Translations under genes and position numbers: made by a program
Notes under the pieces: generated by a model
What the model saw: only the letters and a program-made list of their open reading frames with translations
What the model was told of the DNA's origin: nothing
The model's database searches: none
NCBI GenBank assembly: GCA_043767845.1
Contig: JAYUFZ010000008.1
Location: 4,242 to 68,241 of the forward strand
Direction: 5' to 3'
DNA: 64,000 nt
DNA from: a bacterium
GTDB taxonomy: Bacteria; Patescibacteriota; Saccharimonadia; UBA4664; JBBRNT01
Part shown: positions 29,856 to 38,703 of the stretch, piece by piece
Layout: each line of letters opens with the position of its first letter
Position numbering within the stretch: position 1 is the stretch's first letter

Positions 29856-31166
29856 TCAGGCAGGCAGGGCTTTAGGCCATTTGATGTTACGAATGTGGCC
29901 AGTGCGGTCGATCTCACCGTCGAGATGTTGGGACTTATGGAGCTGGTCCCAAACGTTTTGCTGCAAGCTACGGGTGTAGCTTTTGGCGTTATCGGCGCTG
30001 AGCGTTACAGTATAGCTTTGGTCGGTGCGGCCGCTGAGACGGTGGCTGGCATCAATGCCCTTGAAATCGGGCCAATGCGGATTATCGAGCTCTCCACCGT
30101 GGCCACCGGCTACTTCCCAGTGGTCGGAAGCCCAACGTTCAATGTCGTAGCGATACTTGGTCGCGTAGACCGGATCGTTGCGATAAACCGGGTCATTGCT
30201 ATAGGTGTAGTACACTTCGGTGCGCGTCTTGGACCGGCTACCAGTACATTGCTTTGTTCGCTCAGTGAAGGTGCCGTTGCCATTGCTAACCGTCTCAGAC
30301 CCGCAGTCATAGGTGTAATTTTCCGTGCCATCGGGAACGTCGCGTGCGTGACTATGGCTATTGGTTTCGTAGTGGTCAACGACCTTATTGTATCGAAAAA
30401 CCGCCGGGTAGTTACTCGTTTCGCGGCCTCCAGCCGGAACCGTCCAATCCTCTTCATGGAAAGTCTGGATTGATTCGACTTCCACCTGACGCTGCCAATT
30501 GAGCTCGCTAACTGTAAGAGCCAGAGGCTTGGTAGAAAGGAACAGGAAGTGGACGACCATATAGGTGAGCAGCAGCGTCAGGATCACACCAGCGGCAATA
30601 AACTCCCACCGGTATTGCCGATAGGCCTCACCGATATTCTTTGGCTTAGCCTTGTAACTTTCGACGCGAGTAGCGATCTGTCCAGTGCGGGGGATCTGCG
30701 AGCCTCGATGGGTGTAGTGTTCGGCGGTGCGGACATCGTCACTGTGCCCGGTTATGAGCCTTTCGCCCTCAACGAGCGGGTCGGGCAAGAGTCTTTCGAT
30801 GCGAGCGTCGGCTTCGACCGTATCTTTGTCGAAATGAACGCCCTTGGCGTAGTCACCAGTGACGTATCTGGCTACTGGAGCCGTGAAATCGTCGCCGTCG
30901 CGCTTTTGCCCACAATGCTGACAAAATTTCTGGTTGCCTTGATTAGTAGTGCCGCAGTGGCCGCAATTCCATTCCGCACCGGCGTTTGCCAGTGCAAGCT
31001 CGGCGGCATCCGTAATCTCTCGGGCACCGCGCGGTAGGTATGGCGCTTCTTCGGGAGTCAACGTCACATTGCGCGGATCGTGGCAGTTTGGGCATGTTGT
31101 CGTTAACCCAGGGATGCCAGTAGTGAGACAGTTCGAACAATCCCACATGCCTTCGAGAGTTTTCAA
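29856..31166 (-). CDS. Double zinc-ribbon membrane protein with extracellular beta-rich domain
   Basis: WDCSNC..CPNC and WNCGHC..CQHC, one TM. TTG start at 31166 after GGAGGT; promoter TTGATG-17-CATAAT. Confidence 0.8.
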   Translation of the reverse strand: MKTLEGMWDCSNCLTTGIPGLTTTCPNCHDPRNVTLTPEEAPYLPRGAREITDAAELALANAGAEWNCGHCGTTNQGNQKFCQHCGQKRDGDDFTAPVARYVTGDYAKGVHFDKDTVEADARIERLLPDPLVEGERLITGHSDDVRTAEHYTHRGSQIPRTGQIATRVESYKAKPKNIGEAYRQYRWEFIAAGVILTLLLTYMVVHFLFLSTKPLALTVSELNWQRQVEVESIQTFHEEDWTVPAGGRETSNYPAVFRYNKVVDHYETNSHSHARDVPDGTENYTYDCGSETVSNGNGTFTERTKQCTGSRSKTRTEVYYTYSNDPVYRNDPVYATKYRYDIERWASDHWEVAGGHGGELDNPHWPDFKGIDASHRLSGRTDQSYTVTLSADNAKSYTRSLQQNVWDQLHKSQHLDGEIDRTGHIRNIKWPKALPA

Positions 31167-31256
31167 TCGTACCTCCGGTAATTGTAGGAACATATCAAGG
31201 TGCCGGCATATTATGAAACTATTCTTACTAAACATCAATATTATTATTTCAACAAT

Positions 31257-31304
31257 AAAAAACAGCCCCGTAGCCAGGTCCCAAGAGGGGATAGGCAGTG
31301 GGGC
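31257..31304 (-). repeat. 48-bp hairpin/terminator repeat, copy 2
   Basis: AAAAAACAGCCCCGTAGCCAGGTCCCAAGAGGGGATAGGCAGTGGGGC. Confidence 0.9.
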
Positions 31305-31370
31305 TTGGGCCGCGGATGGCGGCTAGGGGATGTGCAGTAGCACATGGTAATCGGCAGGGATTGGACGGGG

Positions 31371-32570
31371 TCAAATCTGAGTCAGAACTCTTAGGATCAT
31401 GCCGACCATCGACCAATCGACTGTTTCGGCCTCGAGTATTTGGCCCAGGGTGGCGACTTCGACATAGGTGCGTTCGGTGCTGCCGGGGGCGCCGTGCGGC
31501 TGGCCGTATTGACCCTTGAGGTAGGTGATTTCGGTGTCGGTCAGGTCGACGGCGAAAAGGGTGGCTTTGTGGGCCGAGAAAGTGGCCATAAGCTGCCTTT
31601 GGCCACAGGGGACAAAGCGCTCAAAGGCCAGGTCCAAGCCCGTTTCTTCCTGGCATTCGTGCTTGGCAACCAAGCGCGGATCGGTGACCATCTGTGGATC
31701 GGAGCCTCCGGGCAATTCCCAGACATACCCAGAATCGTTGGAGACCGAGGGGCGGAACTCCCGGATCAGCACCACGGTACTGTCGTTGATCGGTACTGCC
31801 CTACGATAGAGCATCACGGCCGAAATGTCCGGCCTGGAAAGCACGATCTCATTGGTCTTGGAACGGCCTTCGGCGGCGATGTAGACCTCGACGTGCAGGG
31901 CCCACAAGTAAACCCTTTGCAGCTGAGGCCCTTTACGCACCGTCGTAAGCACGCGGGCATGCTCCAGCGTATTACCCGCTGCCTTGAGGGCTCGATACCA
32001 GCTCTGGAAATGCGTGGTCCGCCAGATGTAGAGCGGCACTTCGCGCTCGCCGTCACTACGCCAGCTGCCTTCGCCAAGTAGCTCAATGGCCCTAGCAACG
32101 GTGCCGGCCGGCGTGTCAGAGAATGGTACCTGGAATTTTTCGGCCTTGTACCCTAGATAGCGGTTTTTGACGCTTTCGTAGGGAAATCCCAGCACGATTT
32201 TGCCGGAGTCTTCCCATTCGCCCCACTCCACATTGGTCGTAAAGCCGGGCATGGTTTCCAGGTCGCGTGGCACCCAGGCAAGGATCACATCGGCCAAGTG
32301 CAAGCAGGTTGTTTCCCACTTCACTTGGTCGAGGTACTCACCGCGGTAGGTGGTGACGCCGTTGGAGTCGGGCCGGTCTTCGGGCACAAAAACCACGCCG
32401 TCGTAGCCGAGCATGGCCAGGTAACGCAGGGCCTCGGGCCGCCAGGAAGTTACACCCTCATGCCGCGGTGTCGGGCCAAGCAGGAAAATCGATTTTGCAT
32501 AGCTAGCCGGTGGTTCTTCGCGAGCGTAAACAATTGTCATAGTACGAGGTGGTGCAGTGGCCTCAGTCAT
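31371..32570 (-). CDS. Nucleoside 2-deoxyribosyltransferase-like domain fused to a Nudix hydrolase
   Basis: N-terminal SIFLLGPTP..SWR..ADVILAW..GFTTNVEWG; C-terminal IREFR, WELPGG..HECQEETGL Nudix box. Confidence 0.85.
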   Translation of the reverse strand: MTEATAPPRTMTIVYAREEPPASYAKSIFLLGPTPRHEGVTSWRPEALRYLAMLGYDGVVFVPEDRPDSNGVTTYRGEYLDQVKWETTCLHLADVILAWVPRDLETMPGFTTNVEWGEWEDSGKIVLGFPYESVKNRYLGYKAEKFQVPFSDTPAGTVARAIELLGEGSWRSDGEREVPLYIWRTTHFQSWYRALKAAGNTLEHARVLTTVRKGPQLQRVYLWALHVEVYIAAEGRSKTNEIVLSRPDISAVMLYRRAVPINDSTVVLIREFRPSVSNDSGYVWELPGGSDPQMVTDPRLVAKHECQEETGLDLAFERFVPCGQRQLMATFSAHKATLFAVDLTDTEITYLKGQYGQPHGAPGSTERTYVEVATLGQILEAETVDWSMVGMILRVLTQI

Positions 32571-32742
32571 GGCTAGCCTCTCGGGGGTAGAAAAACTTTT
32601 CAGAACTCTGTTGTTATATCATCGAGCTGCAGGCTTTACAAGCATCAGCTGACTTTTGATTAAAACATCGCTACAAAATCTGCAAATAATTTGTAAACTT
32701 TGTGGTGCGTCCCGCCGATGGCGGGACTGTGGGGCAGAGCCC

Positions 32743-33045
32743 CTAGGTGGTCACAATGTGGAAGATTATGGCCAGCCCGGAGACGATGCCCATGACGTAG
32801 AGCAGGAGCAACAGTATGGCAATGGTTTCGCCGCGGCCGTTGCCGTTGAGGCGGGAGAGCTTGTAGAGGCTGGTGACCCCGAGTAGGAACACAGCGGCGG
32901 TCAGCCTGAGCGCTTCGCTCGATTGGGCACCCGGCAGATGGCTGGAGAGCCACCACAAGGTCAGCGCGGCCGTGGCCACGAAGCAGACGGTGGAGAGCTT
33001 GCCCCAGACCTGGGCGCGGCTCGGCGAGTAGGTCGACATTGTCAT
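32743..33045 (-). CDS. Small orphan membrane protein (3 TM)
   Basis: GGAGG SD before ATG 33045; promoter TTGACA-17-TACAAT at 33144-33116. Confidence 0.7.
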   Translation of the reverse strand: MTMSTYSPSRAQVWGKLSTVCFVATAALTLWWLSSHLPGAQSSEALRLTAAVFLLGVTSLYKLSRLNGNGRGETIAILLLLLYVMGIVSGLAIIFHIVTT

Positions 33046-33233
33046 CTGATCCTCCAAGGATCGTGTGGGTACGGCTACTTAACCTAGCAGATGAGGATCC
33101 TTCAATGGATGTACTATTGTATTACTTTACTGTACTTTTGTCAATATTATCAATCATCGAGCCGATCCCGTCCCTAGGATAGGCTTTTAGATTGAAATAT
33201 TGCCCCCGACGCTGCATAATAAGCGTAACAACG

Positions 33234-35108
33234 ATGGTGGAGATGGCGGACCAAAAGGATCGAAATCTCAATATTCTAGCGGCCGTCCAGGCAGCCCTGG
33301 GGGCGCTTATTAGTAGTATCATCCTGATTCTTTTCAAACTCAACCCCAACTATTTGCGTGATGCTGGACTGAGCTGGGTGGTGGTGATACTCGGCTTCAC
33401 CGTGGTCGGGTATTTCCTGAGCGCGCACCAACTGATTCGCTACTTCAGTACTTCTATATCGGTCTTTATTATGTCCTGCATCAGCATTGCCAACCTGGTG
33501 CTCGTCATTGCCCAAACCGGTGGCCTCGACTCGCCCTACAATGCTTTTTTGATACTTGCGTTGGTAACCACTGGGTTGTTTAGTCTGGTAGCGACGATCA
33601 TTGGGCTCACGGCCCTCATAACCTACTATGTCGTTGCTTTTGCCCAACACCATTTCGAGTCCAGCTTTTTGGCGGCACACCTTATCCAGTTCGTCATGAT
33701 GCTCTCGGCCGGGGGCCTAGCACTGTGGGTACATAACCGTGGGCGCAAAACAGTCGCTCAAACCCAGCAAATGGCTAGCCTTTCTGGGCAGCTCGGCGAA
33801 GAGCAGCTTAAAGCCCAAGTACTCATGAATAGTATGGGTGAGGGGGTAGTAGTGGTAAACACCAGCCGCCACGTCCAGCTCTTCAACCCGGCGGCCCAAG
33901 CGCTCACCGGCTGGGACGCGGCCACAGCCCAAAACTTGAACTATCTGACCATCATGGGGCTCAAGAAAAACAACGACAGCGATGTGACCGACGCCGACGA
34001 CCCCTTCCTCCAAGCTTGGGAGAAAAAAGCCACTGTAATACGTAGCGACCTGATACTCGGCACCAAGTCCGGACGCAAAGTCGCCCTGACCATGACAGTT
34101 TCACCAATTTATGACGGAAATAACAATATCTCCGGCGGTATTGCCCTTTTCCGTGATATATCGCAGGAAAAAGAGGTTGAGCGCCAACGCAACGAATTTA
34201 TTTCCACTGCTAGCCATGAAATGCGCACCCCGGTGGCCGCAATCGAAGGCTACATAGCTCTAGCCATGAACCCAGATATCTCCACCATCGATGAGCGGGC
34301 GCGCGGTTTTCTGGGCAAAGCCCATGATAGCATCCAGCATCTTGGCGCGCTGTTTAAAGACTTGCTCTCGGTCACCAAGGTCGAGGAGGGGAAGATCGGC
34401 GGCGCCATTGAGCCAGTCGAAATCGGCAAGATGGTGCGCGAAGTGGTCAGTGACATGCAGTTTAATGCTCAGAAGAAGAACCTGACGCTGCTGTTGCAAT
34501 CCGGGGGCATGACCTTGGGCGACAAAGACGTCATGCCCCTCTTCATGGTCAAGGGCAATGGCGAGCGGCTGCGGGAAGTGACCATGAACTTAATCGAAAA
34601 CGCCCTTAAATACACCCAGCAAGGAGGCATAACCGTCGACGTCTCCGGGACAAAGGACTTAGTGACAGTGAAGGTCATCGACACCGGCGTCGGGATTGCC
34701 GCCGAAGACATTACCCATTTGTTCCAGAAATTCTACCGTGTCGATAGTACTGCCACCCGCACTATTGGCGGCACCGGTCTAGGCCTCTACTTGGTACGCA
34801 CCATTATCGAGTACTTCAACGGCCGCGCTTGGGTGGAAAGCATACTCGGCCGGGGTAGTACTTTTGCCTTTAGCCTACCACGCGTCGCCAACGACGCCAC
34901 CGCTGCCAGCCTCAACGATGCGGCAGCAGCCACGGCTCAAGCGCCAGGTTCGATTCTTCCGTCACCCTCGCCCAAGCCTGCACCAGCTCCCACCGAAACC
35001 ATCATTCATCCCGTCGTCGTGGCGGCTCCAGCAGTGCAGGAAATGCCCGTCCCGGCCAGTATGCAGAGCACACCACTCCCAGAGAGCAGCCTTGCCAAGC
35101 CAGTGTAA
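33234..35108 (+). CDS. Multi-TM PAS sensor histidine kinase with Pro-rich tail
   Basis: About 6 TM, PAS, ASHEMRTPV, NLIENALKY, FQKFYRVD, GGTGLGL. Start is 33234 or 33243. Confidence 0.93.
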   Translation: MVEMADQKDRNLNILAAVQAALGALISSIILILFKLNPNYLRDAGLSWVVVILGFTVVGYFLSAHQLIRYFSTSISVFIMSCISIANLVLVIAQTGGLDSPYNAFLILALVTTGLFSLVATIIGLTALITYYVVAFAQHHFESSFLAAHLIQFVMMLSAGGLALWVHNRGRKTVAQTQQMASLSGQLGEEQLKAQVLMNSMGEGVVVVNTSRHVQLFNPAAQALTGWDAATAQNLNYLTIMGLKKNNDSDVTDADDPFLQAWEKKATVIRSDLILGTKSGRKVALTMTVSPIYDGNNNISGGIALFRDISQEKEVERQRNEFISTASHEMRTPVAAIEGYIALAMNPDISTIDERARGFLGKAHDSIQHLGALFKDLLSVTKVEEGKIGGAIEPVEIGKMVREVVSDMQFNAQKKNLTLLLQSGGMTLGDKDVMPLFMVKGNGERLREVTMNLIENALKYTQQGGITVDVSGTKDLVTVKVIDTGVGIAAEDITHLFQKFYRVDSTATRTIGGTGLGLYLVRTIIEYFNGRAWVESILGRGSTFAFSLPRVANDATAASLNDAAAATAQAPGSILPSPSPKPAPAPTETIIHPVVVAAPAVQEMPVPASMQSTPLPESSLAKPV

Positions 35109-35185
35109 TCTTGTTAAGCTAACACTAGAAATTGGTTCCAAGTACCAGATGTGACGCGATAGAGTAATTAAATAGGTAATCCACC

Positions 35186-35908
35186 ATGCCAAAACTGCTG
35201 CTCGTCGAAGATGACATTAATTTGCGAGATATCTACTCGGCCCGCTTCATGGCTGAGCAGTACACTGTCATCACCGCCGCCGACGGCGAGGAAGCCCTAG
35301 CGACAGCTGTTCGTGAACGCCCCGACTTAATTATTCTCGATGTCATGATGCCGAAGATAAGTGGCTTCGATGTCCTAGACATTCTGCGTTCGACACCCGA
35401 GACCAAAGAAACCAAGATCATCATGATGACCGCTCTTTCCCAAGAAACAGACAAGGCTCGTGGCGAAGCATTGGGCGTTAATAAGTACCTCATCAAGTCC
35501 CAAGTGACCCTAGAGGACGTCGTCAGCTCGGTCAAAGAAATCCTCGGCGGGAGCACTGTGCCAGCTGGTGTCGTCACGAGCCCTGTTGTCGCACCAAGCT
35601 CACCCACAGCCACCAACGCACTGGCCGAGCCCGAAGTTACCGCCCCACAAGTCACGCCAGGTGCCGATGCAGCAGTAACCACTGAGCCCGAAACCGCAGT
35701 CACAGAGCCTGATTCGAGCACTACTTCAGCTGATATGGATGAGCCAAAGATGGCTACTAGCCCAACAGAACCTGCTATCACTACTGCCAGTATCGCCGCA
35801 GCACCTGCTAGCAGTAATGACAGCCAAGCCTCTACTGGCTCGTCGTCGAGCGCCCCGAGTGAGCCAACACCTGGCGCCGATACCAGCTCCAGCGAAGCAA
35901 TCCTCTAA
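35186..35908 (+). CDS. Response regulator receiver with low-complexity C-terminal tail
   Basis: LLVEDD, DLIILDVMMP, MMTA, YLIK motifs, then about 115 aa Ser/Thr/Pro/Ala/acidic tail. Confidence 0.92.
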   Translation: MPKLLLVEDDINLRDIYSARFMAEQYTVITAADGEEALATAVRERPDLIILDVMMPKISGFDVLDILRSTPETKETKIIMMTALSQETDKARGEALGVNKYLIKSQVTLEDVVSSVKEILGGSTVPAGVVTSPVVAPSSPTATNALAEPEVTAPQVTPGADAAVTTEPETAVTEPDSSTTSADMDEPKMATSPTEPAITTASIAAAPASSNDSQASTGSSSSAPSEPTPGADTSSSEAIL

Positions 35909-35920
35909 ATCTAGCTTACT

Positions 35921-36610
35921 ATGAATTACCAAGTCGCCGTTCTGAATTTCGAAGGACCGCTCGATTTGTTACTTCAGCTTGTCGAAAAGTCCCAGCTGGA
36001 AGTGACGGCAATTTCGTTAGCCGAGCTGACCGAGCAGTATCTGGCCTACCTCGACAAACTCCAGGCCATCAGTACTAAGGATTTACACCAGTTTATAGAA
36101 CTAGCCAGCCGGCTGGTCTACATAAAAAGCCTGGCTCTTTTGCCAGACAGTAGGCTCGAGAGCGACCCAGGCGTACGAGAGCTACGCGAGCAATTGGCCA
36201 CCTACCAGCGCTACCACGCGGCCGCCAAATATCTGAGTGACTTACTTGGTGGCGGCCGCAGTTTCCGTCGACCTTCGGTTAAGGTCCAGGCCAGTCCTAC
36301 CACTCCCATGCCGCATATGGAACTCAACGAACTAAGCGCGGTTTTCCGCCAACTACTGGCCAAAATGCCTAAGCCAGGCACCGAGCTTCAGGTCACCCCG
36401 ACCATTACACTCGAAGATATGATTAAGCAGCTCAGCAACTTCATGCAGCACAGCCACGCCAAGCTGGAGGATTTCCTAGGCAATCTTAGTAGCCGGCTGG
36501 AGCTCATCATCGCTTTTCTAGCCACACTGGAGTTAGTCAAAAGCGGTTGGCTAGTGGTCACCCAAGACCAACAGTTTGGGACCATTACCCTCCAAAAGGC
36601 TGCAGTATGA
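35921..36610 (+). CDS. scpA: Segregation and condensation protein A
   Basis: FEGPLDLLLQL, LTEQYL, IKS..LLP, FLATLELVK motifs. Confidence 0.95.
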   Translation: MNYQVAVLNFEGPLDLLLQLVEKSQLEVTAISLAELTEQYLAYLDKLQAISTKDLHQFIELASRLVYIKSLALLPDSRLESDPGVRELREQLATYQRYHAAAKYLSDLLGGGRSFRRPSVKVQASPTTPMPHMELNELSAVFRQLLAKMPKPGTELQVTPTITLEDMIKQLSNFMQHSHAKLEDFLGNLSSRLELIIAFLATLELVKSGWLVVTQDQQFGTITLQKAAV

Positions 36611-37134
36611 GCAATTTAGAATTATCGGCACAGATTGAAGCCTTGCTGTTTGTTTCGGGTCGTCCACTGAGCCCCAGCGACCTCGCGATCTATGCCGGCT
36701 CATCGGTCTCCGACGTCGAAGCTGCCCTGCTAAAACTAGCAGGGCAGCTAGCAGATCATGGCTTAAGTTTGATCTGCCACAAGGGCGAATACGAGCTAGC
36801 AACGCACCCAGCCGCTAGAGAAGCAATCGAGCGACTCCAAAACTCCGAGGTCAAGTCCGAGCTGAGCAAGCCGGCCTTGGAGACATTGGCTATCATCGCC
36901 TACAAGCAGCCAATCAGCCGGAGTGGTATCGAAGAAATCCGCGGCGTAGCCAGTGAGCAAAGCATTAAGAATCTTTTGCTACGTGGCTTGGTCGTGGAAG
37001 CTGGCAAATCCAAGGAGCCTGGCAAGCCGACGCTGTACGCTACCAGTCACAGTTTTTTGCGCCATTTTGGCCTTACCACAGCTGCCCAACTACCAGCACT
37101 TGATAATTTTGAGGTCAATCACCATGCGGCTTAA
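36607..37134 (+). CDS. scpB: Segregation and condensation protein B
   Basis: IEALLFVSGRP, LSKPALETLAIIAYKQPISR.IEEIRGV, FLRHFGL; ATGA overlap with scpA. Confidence 0.95.
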   Translation: MSNLELSAQIEALLFVSGRPLSPSDLAIYAGSSVSDVEAALLKLAGQLADHGLSLICHKGEYELATHPAAREAIERLQNSEVKSELSKPALETLAIIAYKQPISRSGIEEIRGVASEQSIKNLLLRGLVVEAGKSKEPGKPTLYATSHSFLRHFGLTTAAQLPALDNFEVNHHAA

Positions 37135-37795
37135 TCAATATATAGCTGGCGCCTCCGAGCTCTCCAGACGCTCGGCCGATGCTGCTATCGCCGAGGGCCG
37201 GGTGAAGGTCAATGGCGGAACACCGACTGCCGGCCAACAAATAGCAACCGGCGATGCGGTAACGCTCGACGATAAGCTATTGGCACTTGACACCAGGCTG
37301 CTCTACGTCGCCTTCAACAAGCCGCCAAAATATGTCACTAGTCGCAAACGCCAAGGCAATAATCCAACTATCTATGAGATATTGCCGGACGAATACCAGC
37401 ACCTGCAAGCGGTTGGACGGCTCGATAAAGACAGCTCCGGACTACTCTTACTCAGCAATGATGGCCAGTTCACCCTGCAAGCGACCCACCCCAGCTTCGG
37501 CAAAGAAAAGCGCTACTACGTTGAGACTAGCCCAGCGCACATTGCCCATGCCACCGCCAGACTAGAGGCAGTTATCGAGCTCGAAGATGGGCCTAGCCAG
37601 ATGTACGAGGTCAAACGGGTGGGCCGAGGAGTTGAGGTGACTCTGCGTGAAGGCCGCAATCGGCAAATCCGCCGGGCATTTGCCGCAATCGGTTACAGTG
37701 TCACCAAGCTTCACCGCCTGCGTTTCGGCAAACTGCTGCTCGGCGACCTGGCCATTGGTCAAACCCGGCTGGTCAGACCAGAGGATGTGCTGTGA
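37124..37795 (+). CDS. rluB: Pseudouridine synthase, RluB/RsuA family
   Basis: S4 domain MRLNQYIA..SRR.AD; VGRLDKDSSGLLLLSNDG; EGRNRQIRR. Confidence 0.88.
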   Translation: MRLNQYIAGASELSRRSADAAIAEGRVKVNGGTPTAGQQIATGDAVTLDDKLLALDTRLLYVAFNKPPKYVTSRKRQGNNPTIYEILPDEYQHLQAVGRLDKDSSGLLLLSNDGQFTLQATHPSFGKEKRYYVETSPAHIAHATARLEAVIELEDGPSQMYEVKRVGRGVEVTLREGRNRQIRRAFAAIGYSVTKLHRLRFGKLLLGDLAIGQTRLVRPEDVL

Positions 37796-38703
37796 AAGGC
37801 GCCATCACGACGCTGTTGCTGATTATGCAGCTTACCGGCTTAAGCCGCGTTATTCCGACAGGCGGCCTAGAAAAAGCCGTACTACCCAGCTCTATGGTCG
37901 AGATTAAGCCCAGGCAAAGCCTTGATATACTCACCAGCTCCAGGCCGCAGGCCGTGGCAACTAATCCCGTTTTCAGCCTTAAGGCGGCCAGTGTCTACGC
38001 CCTGGACCGCGAAAGCGGGGTAGTGCTCTATAGCCAGAATGCTGGCCAGGAGCGGCCAATAGCCTCGATCACCAAGCTGATGAGCCTCTTAGTGCTCCTG
38101 CGAGGCCACCAACCCGCAGAAAGCATCACAATCAAAAGCCTTCCTAGCTACAACCCCGAAGACGCCAAGCTTGGCCTAATAAATGGGCAGCAGTTTAGCT
38201 TTTCGGACCTACTCGCGGCCATGCTCATAAAGTCGGCCAACGACTCGGCCGATGCTCTGGCCATCCACGACTCGGGTAGTCTCGAGGCCTTCACCGTGAA
38301 GATGAATAGCCTGCTCAACGAGTGGGGGATAGAGCACAGCCACTTTGCCGCCCCCAGTGGGCTAGTCGATAATAATAACTTTTCTACAGCAGAGAGCTTG
38401 GCTAAAATCGCTGCCTTGGCGCTATCCAATAGTAGTGTCCGGGAACTAGTAAACACCGAGTCAAAAGTGATCCACGATACCAGTGGCAAGCCTTACTCGC
38501 TAGAAACCACCAATCTTCTCTTGAAAGATAATCGTTTTCATGGTATAAAAACAGGATACACGCTGGCCGCTGGACAATCTGTCGTCGCCCTGGCCAGTAT
38601 TAAAGGCCACGACGTCATTACCGTAGTCCTCGGCAGTCCCGACCGCTTCGGTGAAACCACGCAATTAGTAAACTACCTCGAAGGAGCCTATACATGGCAA
38701 TAA
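37792..38703 (+). CDS. D-alanyl-D-alanine carboxypeptidase (peptidase S11)
   Basis: ASITK (SxxK), SAN (SxN) and KTGYT motifs. Confidence 0.93.
   Translation: MKGAITTLLLIMQLTGLSRVIPTGGLEKAVLPSSMVEIKPRQSLDILTSSRPQAVATNPVFSLKAASVYALDRESGVVLYSQNAGQERPIASITKLMSLLVLLRGHQPAESITIKSLPSYNPEDAKLGLINGQQFSFSDLLAAMLIKSANDSADALAIHDSGSLEAFTVKMNSLLNEWGIEHSHFAAPSGLVDNNNFSTAESLAKIAALALSNSSVRELVNTESKVIHDTSGKPYSLETTNLLLKDNRFHGIKTGYTLAAGQSVVALASIKGHDVITVVLGSPDRFGETTQLVNYLEGAYTWQ

Noticed and set aside
29709-30473. 254-aa plus-strand ORF
   Set aside because: Starts inside tRNA-Glu, crosses terminators and is antisense to the zinc-ribbon gene.
29721-33150. Classical tRNA-integrated prophage or ICE
   Set aside because: No integrase and no duplicated tRNA 3' end were found.
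36547-37123. Long overlaps of scpB and rluB implied by the ORF track
   Set aside because: Downstream ATGs (36607, 37124) match the family N-termini and leave only short overlaps.
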